Positions 17,667-26,588 of a stretch of 35,074 bases of DNA are shown one piece after another. Source of the DNA: Bacteroidota bacterium (GTDB lineage Bacteria; Bacteroidota; Rhodothermia; Balneolales; Balneolaceae). The position numbers were made by a program, and so were the translations under genes. The stretch's first letter is position 1. Each line of letters begins with the position of its first letter. The DNA lies in the NCBI GenBank assembly GCA_038125045.1, contig JAYPDB010000003.1:1-35074 (forward strand), in the 5' to 3' direction. Under the pieces are notes generated by a model. The model had not been told where the DNA came from. It was given only the letters and a program-made list of their open reading frames with translations, and searched no databases.

Positions 17667-18845
17667 ATGAAACCACTTAAAGTTGCCCTCTTTACTGGCA
17701 ATTATAACCACATCCGAGATGGAGTAGCTCTAACTCTCAATCGCCTGGTTCATCACCTATTACAGAGCTCGATCGATGTAAAAATTTTTGCGCCTAGTAG
17801 CCAACATCCTGTCATAGTTCCTCATGAAGGTGAGTTGATCGTTACACCTTCTATATCCATGCCTGTACCCGGTCGAAAAGAATATCGTGTGGCCACACAT
17901 TTTCCTAAGAAGGATCGGCAAACCCTCGAAGCGTTTAAGCCTGACCTGATACATATTGCCACACCCGATGGTTTGGGCATTGGGGCGTTAAAATGGGCTA
18001 AAAAGCATGGTGTTCCCGTAGTGAGTTCCTATCACACACACTTTTTGAGTTATGTAGATTACTATAAGTTGTTTTTAGGCCCTGTAAAATGGCCCTTTAA
18101 GAAAATGATGCAATGGTTTTACCCTCAATGTGAGCGAACTTACGTGCCCACACAATCGATGATTGATGAGTTGGCTCGGGAACAGATCCATGGTCATATG
18201 AAAATATGGGCTCGAGGAATAGACACGGATAGTTTCAACCCGAAAAAAAGAGACATGCAGTGGCGTCGCTCGGTGGGGATTGCCGATGACGAACTGGTGG
18301 TAAGTTTTGTTTCACGTTTAGTGTGGGAGAAAGAATTACGCACGTATATCGATAGCGTGAGTGCCCTTCAGAAGAAGTTCCCTAAGCTGCGAGCTATGGT
18401 GGTGGGTGATGGACCTGCCAAAAAGGAGGCTCAAAAATTGTTGCCCAACGGAATTTTCACTGGATTTTGTGCGGGTGAAGATCTCTCAAGAGCGTACGCG
18501 AGTTCGGACATCTTTTTGTTTCCATCATTTACAGAAACCTTTGGAAATGTGACATTGGAAGCCATGGCCAGTGGCTTGCCCTGTTTGGTTGCCAACGCCA
18601 TAGGTTCCCGCTCTCTGGTGGTCGATGGGAAAAATGGTTTTCTGGCGCATCCAGGTAATGTACCGGAGTTCACCTCCAAACTACAGGAAATGGTGGCCGA
18701 TACGAAACTTAGGGCTCAGATGGCCGAACATTCCCGTTCCATGGCCATGAGTTATCAGTGGAGTGCCATCAACCAGGCTTTGATTCAAGACTATTACCAG
18801 GTGTTGGATGAATGCGCTCAAAAACATAAACTCAAGAACGGATGA
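17667..18845 (+). CDS. Glycosyltransferase family 4 (GT-B, 'group 1')
   Basis: N-terminal KVALFTGNYNHIRDGVA and the C-terminal EX7E motif (FPSFTETFGNVTLEAMASGLP). Length is 392 aa. Its stop overlaps the next ATG (ATGA). Confidence 0.8.
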   Translation: MKPLKVALFTGNYNHIRDGVALTLNRLVHHLLQSSIDVKIFAPSSQHPVIVPHEGELIVTPSISMPVPGRKEYRVATHFPKKDRQTLEAFKPDLIHIATPDGLGIGALKWAKKHGVPVVSSYHTHFLSYVDYYKLFLGPVKWPFKKMMQWFYPQCERTYVPTQSMIDELAREQIHGHMKIWARGIDTDSFNPKKRDMQWRRSVGIADDELVVSFVSRLVWEKELRTYIDSVSALQKKFPKLRAMVVGDGPAKKEAQKLLPNGIFTGFCAGEDLSRAYASSDIFLFPSFTETFGNVTLEAMASGLPCLVANAIGSRSLVVDGKNGFLAHPGNVPEFTSKLQEMVADTKLRAQMAEHSRSMAMSYQWSAINQALIQDYYQVLDECAQKHKLKNG

Positions 18846-20089
18846 GTCTGGATCATCAACACTTCGAAGCATCTAAGAAGCCACTGAGGATACTGTACGT
18901 TTCTCATTCGCATCCGCCCGATCATGCTCCTCTTGAGAATATGGGCGGTATGCAGCGAGTGAGTATGCAATTGTCCGACTCTCTTGCTCAGGATTCAACG
19001 GTCCAAATTCGGCGGATTGTTCAGAAAACTTCTTGGAAAGGAATTGAGCTAAAGACGCTAGGTTTTTTGATGAGACTATATTTTCTACTTCCTCGGGTTG
19101 AAAGGGAGTGGAAACCGGATGTGATTCTTTTTTCGTCGATGGTAACCGCTAGCCTGTCTCGCTGGCTTAGAAAACGCATACCGGTTCCTATGATTACCAT
19201 TAATCATGGTCAGGACGTAACCATGCCTTATGGATGGTATCAGCAACACATTCGCAAGATTTTTGATGCAATAGACGGCGTGATTTCGGTTTCATCGGCT
19301 ACTCGAGAGGCTTGTATTCAACGAGGTATGCCACCCGAGAAGGGGGTGGCTCTGCCAAATGGCATCGATGTGCATGAGCTTTTAACAGACCATGAAGGTG
19401 ACTGGTCGGCGCAGAAGGTCAAGCAGGTTCTAGAGATGCCGGAAGAGAAGGCCATGAGTAAAATTAAGGCTCTAAAAGCCTCTGCTAGGACCGACTTAGA
19501 AAATCGTCTGGGTGTGACATTTGGATCGGCTCCGTTGTTGTTATCTGTAGGCAGGCAGGTGAAAAGGAAAGGGCATGCCTGGTTTATAGAGCATGTACTG
19601 CCTAAAGTAAAGTATCCATGTACCTACATACTCATAGGGGATGGCCCGGAAAAGGAGGAAATTGAGCGCATTTTAGAGCAAAAAGCTTCGTTCTTTGAGG
19701 AAAAAAAGATCAAGGTTCATCTATTGGGCCGGCAACCCGATGATTTGGTGCACTATGCTTATGCCGCTTCAGATGTTTTTGTGATGCCTAACATACCCGT
19801 TGCTGGCGATATGGAGGGATTTGGTATTGTTTTATTAGAGGCTAATCTTCATTTCACACCCGTCGTATGTGCCGATTTAGAAGGCATGCGAGATGTAGTG
19901 GAGCAGGGTGTGAATGGGTTTAAAGTACCCACCAAAGATTGTACTGGGTACCTCAACTACTTGGATGAAGTCTTAAAGGCAGACAAGCCTGAGCAATTAG
20001 CTTATCGGGCTTTTACAAACGTTTGGGAAAAATTCACTTGGGATAAGGTGACGAAGCAATATATTCAGTATCTTTACCAAGTTTCATAA
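18842..20089 (+). CDS. Glycosyltransferase family 4 (GT-B, 'group 1')
   Basis: RILYVSHSHPP...GGMQRV at the N-terminus and an EX7E motif (GDMEGFGIVLLEANLHFTP). Length is 415 aa. It is translationally coupled to the preceding GT4 by a 4-nt overlap. Confidence 0.8.
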   Translation: MSLDHQHFEASKKPLRILYVSHSHPPDHAPLENMGGMQRVSMQLSDSLAQDSTVQIRRIVQKTSWKGIELKTLGFLMRLYFLLPRVEREWKPDVILFSSMVTASLSRWLRKRIPVPMITINHGQDVTMPYGWYQQHIRKIFDAIDGVISVSSATREACIQRGMPPEKGVALPNGIDVHELLTDHEGDWSAQKVKQVLEMPEEKAMSKIKALKASARTDLENRLGVTFGSAPLLLSVGRQVKRKGHAWFIEHVLPKVKYPCTYILIGDGPEKEEIERILEQKASFFEEKKIKVHLLGRQPDDLVHYAYAASDVFVMPNIPVAGDMEGFGIVLLEANLHFTPVVCADLEGMRDVVEQGVNGFKVPTKDCTGYLNYLDEVLKADKPEQLAYRAFTNVWEKFTWDKVTKQYIQYLYQVS

Positions 20090-20203
20090 GATAGTTCACG
20101 TGTAAAACGATACTCGAGATCAGCACGAAGCACGCAGCTTTATTTGATACCTTGTGTAGACTAATTATATTACAACATTTACCACCTAACTGAATTTTAG
20201 TTA

Positions 20204-21439
20204 ATGGCTGAAACAACCCCTTTAGTACGGTCAGATATCTTTGAGAAGGCCTTTGGGTACACCAAGGCAGACGAGGTCAAGGCAATGGGTTTATACCCCT
20301 ACTTTAAGCCATTAGAAGCAACGGATGGTACCATTGTTGAGATTGAAGGCAATGAAGTGATTATGGCAGGTTCCAATAACTATTTGGGATTGACCAATGA
20401 TCCCAGAACGATTGAAGCGGCCAAAGACGCATTGGTAAAGTACGGGACTGGTTGCACAGGCTCTCGCTATTTAAATGGAACGCTTGATATTCACATCGAA
20501 TTGGAAGAACGCCTAGCAACCTTCATGCAAAAAGAGTCGTGTGTGCTATTTAGTACTGGTTATCAAACCAACGAAGGCTCCATACAAACGATTGCTGGTC
20601 GTAATGACATTATATTCTCCGATAAAGACAATCATGCATGTATTGTAGTAGGAACTCAGTGTTCGGTCGCTAAGACGATGAGATATCAGCATAATGATAT
20701 GGATCATCTTCGACGTCTTTTAGAAAAGGCGGATCCAGAAGCGGGTAAGATTATTATTAGTGATGGAGTATTCTCCATGTCCGGCACTCTTGCAAAAATA
20801 CCCGAACTCATTGATCTCGCTCAGGAATTTGGCGCTCGTTTGTATTTAGATGATGCCCATGCTGTGGGTGTTATTGGGGATGGAGGAAGAGGTTCGGCCT
20901 CTACTTTTGGTCGTTTAGATGAGGTTGATTTGGTAAGTGGTACCTTCTCTAAATCCTTCGCCTCTCTTGGAGGCTTTTTGGTTGGTAAACGAGAGGTAAT
21001 CGAATATATTCGACATCATTCACCCGCACATATTTTTAGTGCCTCTATGCCTCCTGCCAATGTGGCTACTGTTTTAAAGGCCATGGACATCATGGAAGAA
21101 GAGCCTTGGAGATTGAGTCGGTTGAATGAAATTTCAACCTACATGCGAACAGAGCTTCGAAATTTAGGTTTTAATGTTTGGACGTCCGAAACACCAATTA
21201 TTCCCATTGTGATTGGTGAAATGATGATGTGTTTCCAATTTTGGAAAGATCTATTCGAAGCGGGTGTTTATGCCAATGCGGTGATTCCACCTGCGGTGCC
21301 TGCAGGCCAATCACTACTTAGGACCAGCTATATGGCTTCTCACACCGATGAGCATCTCGATAGAATTCTAGAGGCTTTCCGAAAAGTGGGTATCAAACAC
21401 GGAATCATTGATCAGAATGGAAATTCTCTGGTCTCGTAG
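20204..21439 (+). CDS. PLP-dependent alpha-oxoamine synthase, serine palmitoyltransferase-like (may be auto-annotated as 8-amino-7-oxononanoate synthase, KBL or a class I/II aminotransferase)
   Basis: GSNNYLGLT, GTGCTGSRYLNGT, FSTGYQTNEG, SDGVFSMSG, DDAHAVG and the PLP-lysine motif SGTFSKSFASLGGF. The C-terminal PPAVPAGQSLLRTSYMASHT parallels Sphingomonas Spt PPATPAGTFLLRCSLCAEHT. The GTFSKS and SRxLNGT motifs are SPT-type rather than KBL (GTLGKA) or BioF (TFGKA). Confidence 0.75.
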   Translation: MAETTPLVRSDIFEKAFGYTKADEVKAMGLYPYFKPLEATDGTIVEIEGNEVIMAGSNNYLGLTNDPRTIEAAKDALVKYGTGCTGSRYLNGTLDIHIELEERLATFMQKESCVLFSTGYQTNEGSIQTIAGRNDIIFSDKDNHACIVVGTQCSVAKTMRYQHNDMDHLRRLLEKADPEAGKIIISDGVFSMSGTLAKIPELIDLAQEFGARLYLDDAHAVGVIGDGGRGSASTFGRLDEVDLVSGTFSKSFASLGGFLVGKREVIEYIRHHSPAHIFSASMPPANVATVLKAMDIMEEEPWRLSRLNEISTYMRTELRNLGFNVWTSETPIIPIVIGEMMMCFQFWKDLFEAGVYANAVIPPAVPAGQSLLRTSYMASHTDEHLDRILEAFRKVGIKHGIIDQNGNSLVS

Positions 21440-21447
21440 GTGAGTTT

Positions 21448-22575
21448 ATGGCTTCGAGTGGTATTACCTTTGTAAGTTCCGATCTAGAAAAGAAGGAATT
21501 TATAGAATTTCCCTATCGGCATTATGCCACGGATGGATTTTTTGTTCCCCCCTTACGATCCGAGCAGAAAAAACTCATAGATACCGATAAAAACCCTTTT
21601 TTTAAGCAGGCCAAAATGGCCATGTTTTTAGCCGAACACAACGGCAAACCGGCTGGTAGAATAGCTGCTGTTGTAGATGATCGCTTCAATAAGCAGCATG
21701 GTTTGAATACGGGTCACTTCGCTTTTTTTGAATGCATTGATCACCAACCTACGGCTGATTTAATGTTTAGAGTGGCCGAAGACTGGCTGAAGGAACAAGG
21801 GGTGGAAGAAGTCTTAGGCCCAACAAATCCAGGGATGATGGATGTTTTGGGATTTCTGGTCGATGGCTTTGATAAGTATCCTTACATCATGATGGCTTAT
21901 TCCAAACCCTATTACGAGAAATTGGCTCTGAATGCCGGATATACAGGGGTTCGAGATCTTCTAGCATTTGTAGTGGATAAGAGCAGCGTAGATTTTGATC
22001 GTATGAGAAAAGCGAAATCTATGATTATGCGCCGATATCCGGAGATTACCATACGCCCGGTTTCATTAAAGAGAATTTCTGAAGAAGTAAAAATTGTCCG
22101 TGATATTTACAATGAGGCTTGGAAGGATAACTGGGGATTTTTACCCTTAACCTTAGAAGAGTTAACAGGTCTAGCCAAAGAATTCAAAATGATTCTGGAT
22201 GAAGATTTTGCACATATTGCTGAATGGGATGGTAAACCGGTTGGTTTTTCTATTGCTCTACCAGATTTAAATCAGGTTTTCAAAACCATGAACGGTAACC
22301 TGCTGCCTTTTGGATTTATCAAATTCTTATGGGGAAAACGAAAAATCAATCGCATCAGAACGGCTCTTATGGGTATACTACCCGAATACCAAGGAAAGGG
22401 AATCGATGCATTATTTCATCAAAGAACCATAGAAAATGCCCTCGTTAGAAAATATGTAGAATCTGAGTTGAGTTGGGTTTTGGACAATAATACCGAGATG
22501 ATTCATGTGGCCGAGCGATTGGGTGCACGTATCGATAAACGATACCGCATGTATGCAAAAAAACTAGAAGTATAA
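21448..22575 (+). CDS. GNAT-superfamily (two-lobed) acyl-CoA N-acyltransferase-like protein, function unknown
   Basis: 375 aa. The C-terminal lobe has the GNAT motif-A pattern MGILPEYQGKGIDALF (Q/RxxGxG/A). The N-terminal lobe is of similar size. It begins 8 nt after the SPT-like gene. Confidence 0.6.
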   Translation: MASSGITFVSSDLEKKEFIEFPYRHYATDGFFVPPLRSEQKKLIDTDKNPFFKQAKMAMFLAEHNGKPAGRIAAVVDDRFNKQHGLNTGHFAFFECIDHQPTADLMFRVAEDWLKEQGVEEVLGPTNPGMMDVLGFLVDGFDKYPYIMMAYSKPYYEKLALNAGYTGVRDLLAFVVDKSSVDFDRMRKAKSMIMRRYPEITIRPVSLKRISEEVKIVRDIYNEAWKDNWGFLPLTLEELTGLAKEFKMILDEDFAHIAEWDGKPVGFSIALPDLNQVFKTMNGNLLPFGFIKFLWGKRKINRIRTALMGILPEYQGKGIDALFHQRTIENALVRKYVESELSWVLDNNTEMIHVAERLGARIDKRYRMYAKKLEV

Positions 22576-22594
22576 ATACATCACATAATTAAGC

Positions 22595-23980
22595 ATGTTT
22601 CGAATAGAAAAAGATTCTATGGGGGAAGTCAAAGTCCCTCAAAACGCTAAATATGGAGCACAAACGCAGCGTGCAGCCGATAATTTCCCCATTAGTGGGA
22701 TTGGGTTTAATCGTGCTTTTATTCAAGCTTTGGGTATCATTAAAAAGTCGGCAGCCAAAGCCAATGCTGGTCTTAATTTGTTGGATACTGAGGTATCCTT
22801 AGCCATCCAACAGGCATGTGATCAAGTTATTGATGGATCTCTAGACGATCAATTTGTGATTGATATTTTTCAAACGGGATCGGGCACCTCTAGCAATATG
22901 AACACCAATGAGGTTATATCACATGTTGCTAACGAGAAGCATCCTAACTTACAAACACCGGTCCATCCGAATGATCACGTTAATTTTGGTCAGAGTTCTA
23001 ATGACGTTATACCTACGGCCATAAGGATTTCCTCGGTAGTCTACATTCAGCAAGAATTGATACCTGCTTTAGCCTATTTGGCCGAGGCTTTTGATGCGAA
23101 AGGAGCCGAATATGCTCATGTTGTAAAAACAGGTCGAACACATCTAATGGATGCTATGCCGGTTACCATTGCTCAGCAGTTTAGTGGATATTCCCGGCAA
23201 CTACGATTGGGTATGGATCGAATAACCGATGCGCTTGTGCGTTTAACTGAGTTACCACAAGGTGGAACTGCCGTAGGAACGGGAATTAATACCGATGCTA
23301 AATTTGGTGAACTGTTTGCTAAAGAAGTGGCGTCTGAAACAGGATGTGCCTTTAAGGAGGCTGAAAATCATTTTGAAGCTCAGGCTACGGTTGATGCCCC
23401 TGTGGAAATGAGTGCTCAACTCAAGACGATTGCCGTGGGTATGATGAAAATGGCTAATGATTTACGTTGGATGAATTCCGGACCAAACAGCGGTTTAGGC
23501 GAAGTTCAACTAGCCGCCCTTCAGCCAGGGTCATCGATCATGCCAGGTAAGGTAAACCCCGTAATTGAGGAGTCTGTGGCGATGGTTTGTGCTCAAGTAA
23601 TCGGCAACGATACCACCATAACTGTGGCAGGTCAATCGGGTAATTTTGAACTAAATGTTATGTTGCCGGTTGTCGCCCACAATCTGTTGCAGTCTATTCA
23701 GATCTTAGCCAATGCGGCCCGTAATTTCGCAGATAAATCGGTGTCTCTCCTTAAGGTAAGGGAAGATGTTATTGCCGATAAAGTGGGAAGGAATCCGATT
23801 TTAGTCACGGCGCTTAATCCGCTCATTGGTTATGATTTGGCGGCTAAAATTGCCAAAAAGGCCTATGCTGAAAACAGGCCTCTTTTCGAAGTGGCTAAAG
23901 AGATGACCAATCTTAGCGACCAAGAGCTCCAAGCCGCACTAGATCCCATGAAGATGACCTTAGGTGGTTTTACAGAATAG
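22595..23980 (+). CDS. fumC: Class II fumarate hydratase
   Basis: GSSIMPGKVNP signature, plus TGSGTSSNMN and the QSSNDV...PTA blocks. Length is 461 aa. Confidence 0.95.
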   Translation: MFRIEKDSMGEVKVPQNAKYGAQTQRAADNFPISGIGFNRAFIQALGIIKKSAAKANAGLNLLDTEVSLAIQQACDQVIDGSLDDQFVIDIFQTGSGTSSNMNTNEVISHVANEKHPNLQTPVHPNDHVNFGQSSNDVIPTAIRISSVVYIQQELIPALAYLAEAFDAKGAEYAHVVKTGRTHLMDAMPVTIAQQFSGYSRQLRLGMDRITDALVRLTELPQGGTAVGTGINTDAKFGELFAKEVASETGCAFKEAENHFEAQATVDAPVEMSAQLKTIAVGMMKMANDLRWMNSGPNSGLGEVQLAALQPGSSIMPGKVNPVIEESVAMVCAQVIGNDTTITVAGQSGNFELNVMLPVVAHNLLQSIQILANAARNFADKSVSLLKVREDVIADKVGRNPILVTALNPLIGYDLAAKIAKKAYAENRPLFEVAKEMTNLSDQELQAALDPMKMTLGGFTE

Positions 23981-24086
23981 TCATCTAAAAGACTTTTATC
24001 GTTGCAAGCTGTGCGTTATATTGAAAGGGTCATCATATAAGAGGCTCTAACAAATGCCTGTGTGCAATCCACTTTTTAGCTAAACA

Positions 24087-26525
24087 ATGTCTGAAACATC
24101 TACTCAACAAAAGCGTTCTCGTTTTTCGAAGAAAAAGAAAGAGGAGATTCTTGCCGACTATTCCTTAGGTTGGTTGAGTAGGCATGTGTCTCTTGTGGGT
24201 AGAAAAGAGGTACTATCAGGAAAAGCTAAGTTTGGTATTTTTGGTGATGGTAAGGAACTTCCTCAACTTGCTATGGCCAAGGCATTTCAGCCTGGAGATT
24301 TCAGGAGTGGGTATTATCGTGACCAAACCTTTATGTTTGCTATAGGAGAAGCGACCATAGAGCAGTTTTTTGCCCAATTATATGCTCATCCGGATGTTGC
24401 TTTTGATCCTTTTTCAGCGGGTCGGCAAATGAACGCACACTTTGGCTCACGCTTTGTGGACGATCAGGGTGCATGGATAAAACAGGTAGATAACAAGAAT
24501 ACGGTTTCGGGTATATCGCCAACGGCTGGGCAAATGGCAAGGATTGCTGGTCTTGCACATGCCTCAAAAATCTATCGAAATCAAAAGAGTCTTCAAACCG
24601 AAGAATGGCGAAGGTTTTCTAATGTTGGAAACGAGGTGGTGTTTGGAACCATTGGAGATGCAAGTACTTCTGAAGGCGTCTTTTGGGAAACCATGAATAC
24701 CTTAGGTGTTTTGCAAGTACCAGCGGTAATATCGGTTTGGGATGATGGATACGGTATTAGTGTGCCAAAAAAATTCCAGACCACCAAAGAAAGTATTTCT
24801 GAAGCCTTAAGCGGTCTACAGCGCAGTTCAACATTAGATGGCATTGAAATCATCACCGTTAAAGGGTGGGATTATGAAGACTTGGTAGCTACCTATGAAC
24901 ACGCCGTCGAACTTGCTCGAAATGAACATATTCCCGTACTTATTCATGTTGAAGAATTAACTCAGCCTTTGGGGCACTCTAGCTCGGGTTCTCATGAGCG
25001 TTATAAAACCAAAGAGCGTTTGGAGTGGGAGGCTGAATATTGCTGCTTACTTCAGTTTAGAAAATGGATTTTAGCAAAAAAAATTGCCACAGTAGAAGAA
25101 TTAGATGCCATTGAGTCAGCGGCTCAGCATGACGCACTTCAAGCGAAACAAGATGCTTGGCAAGCCTACATTCAACCCATCAAAGCCGAGCGTGATCATG
25201 TGCTTTTACTATTGAATAGGCTTTTGGGTGAGCTTTCAGAGGCAGACAACAATCAACGTACAGCCCTTGAAGCAATCATACGTAAGTTGAAGTCCACGCC
25301 AAACCCCATTCGCAAGGATGTGATTTCGAGCATTCACAAAGCGCTAAGGAAAACAAGATCGACACAATCCGACTCTAAAAAGCACCTTCAGGCTTGGTTA
25401 GATCAGGTTCAGGCGTTGAATCATGATCGGTATCACACTCATCTGTATTCCGAGACGCCTAAGTCTCCATTAAAAGTGCCAGAAATAGCACCTATTTATG
25501 ATAAAAAACCAGCAATGGTAGATGGTCGGATCATCGTACGTGACAATTTTAGAGCTCTTTTTAAACAGTATCCCGAACTGCTTACTTTTGGGGAAGACGT
25601 TGGGGCTTTGGGCGATGTAAATAAGGGGCTTGAAGGCTTACAGGAAGAATTTGGGGCGGATCGAGTCATGGATACAGGCATTCGAGAGTCTACCATTATA
25701 GGTCAGGGAATTGGGATGGCGATTAGAGGACTACGACCTATACCTGAAATCCAATATTTGGACTACATTTTTTATGCCTTATTTGTACTTACGGATGATT
25801 TGGCCAGTTTGCGATATCGAACCAAAGGTGGGCAAGCATCCCCGGTTATCATTCGAACCAGAGGGCATCGTTTAGAAGGAATCTGGCACTCGGGTTCTCC
25901 TATGTCGGCGCTCTTAGGGAGTTTAAGAGGGGTGCATTTATGTGTACCTCGAAATCTTACCGAAGCCGCAGGTTTCTATAATACCCTTTTAAAGGGAGAT
26001 GATCCTGCGATCGTTGTAGAACCATTGAATGCCTATCGAATAAAAGAAGCTAGGCCAAAAAATTTCGGTGAATTCACCATTCCGTTAGGAGTTCCTAATG
26101 TAGTACACGAAGGCAACCATATCACTATTGTATCCTATGGTTCAACCCTAAATTTAGTCGAATCAGTGCTTCCTGAGCTCAAGGAACTGGGTGTAGAGGT
26201 CGAGCTTATAGACGCGCGAACTCTTCTTCCATTCGACACTGTCGGGATCATTAGGGAATCTTTGGCAAAAACCAATCGCTTATTACTTGTCGATGAAGAT
26301 GTCCCCGGGGGAGCGACAGCATACATGCTTCAGCAACTCATGGATGTACATCAGGTGTTTTATCTTTTGGATTCGGCTCCTGTGTGTCTTTCTGCAAAAG
26401 CTCATAGGCCCGCATACTCTTCGGATGGGGATTATTTTTCGAAACCAAACGCCGAAGACATCATTCAAGCGGCCTATAATATGGTTCGTGAATCCAACCC
26501 TAAAGCCTATCCACCTCTCTTTTAA
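24087..26525 (+). CDS. Fused alpha/beta E1 component of a 2-oxoacid (branched-chain-type) dehydrogenase, TPP-dependent
   Basis: 812 aa. The N-terminal half has the E1-alpha TPP motif (FGTIGDASTSEGVFWETMN). The C-terminal half is E1-beta/transketolase-like (GEDVG.LGDVNKG...F.DRV.DTGI.E..I.G.GIG.A). A helical linker of roughly 150 aa joins them. Confidence 0.8.
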   Translation: MSETSTQQKRSRFSKKKKEEILADYSLGWLSRHVSLVGRKEVLSGKAKFGIFGDGKELPQLAMAKAFQPGDFRSGYYRDQTFMFAIGEATIEQFFAQLYAHPDVAFDPFSAGRQMNAHFGSRFVDDQGAWIKQVDNKNTVSGISPTAGQMARIAGLAHASKIYRNQKSLQTEEWRRFSNVGNEVVFGTIGDASTSEGVFWETMNTLGVLQVPAVISVWDDGYGISVPKKFQTTKESISEALSGLQRSSTLDGIEIITVKGWDYEDLVATYEHAVELARNEHIPVLIHVEELTQPLGHSSSGSHERYKTKERLEWEAEYCCLLQFRKWILAKKIATVEELDAIESAAQHDALQAKQDAWQAYIQPIKAERDHVLLLLNRLLGELSEADNNQRTALEAIIRKLKSTPNPIRKDVISSIHKALRKTRSTQSDSKKHLQAWLDQVQALNHDRYHTHLYSETPKSPLKVPEIAPIYDKKPAMVDGRIIVRDNFRALFKQYPELLTFGEDVGALGDVNKGLEGLQEEFGADRVMDTGIRESTIIGQGIGMAIRGLRPIPEIQYLDYIFYALFVLTDDLASLRYRTKGGQASPVIIRTRGHRLEGIWHSGSPMSALLGSLRGVHLCVPRNLTEAAGFYNTLLKGDDPAIVVEPLNAYRIKEARPKNFGEFTIPLGVPNVVHEGNHITIVSYGSTLNLVESVLPELKELGVEVELIDARTLLPFDTVGIIRESLAKTNRLLLVDEDVPGGATAYMLQQLMDVHQVFYLLDSAPVCLSAKAHRPAYSSDGDYFSKPNAEDIIQAAYNMVRESNPKAYPPLF

Positions 26526-26588
26526 GTAGGGCTACTCGATTTAGGCTCTTGCCTTTCTAAATTTGTTGATACGCTAGCTTGTCTAGTA

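Noticed and set aside
20204-21439. Calling this gene kbl (2-amino-3-ketobutyrate CoA ligase) or bioF
   Set aside because: The PLP-lysine and Gly-loop motifs (GTFSKS, SRYLNGT) match SPT-type enzymes rather than KBL or BioF. The genomic context is glycosyltransferases and an acyltransferase, not tdh or bio genes. This still needs phylogenetic confirmation.
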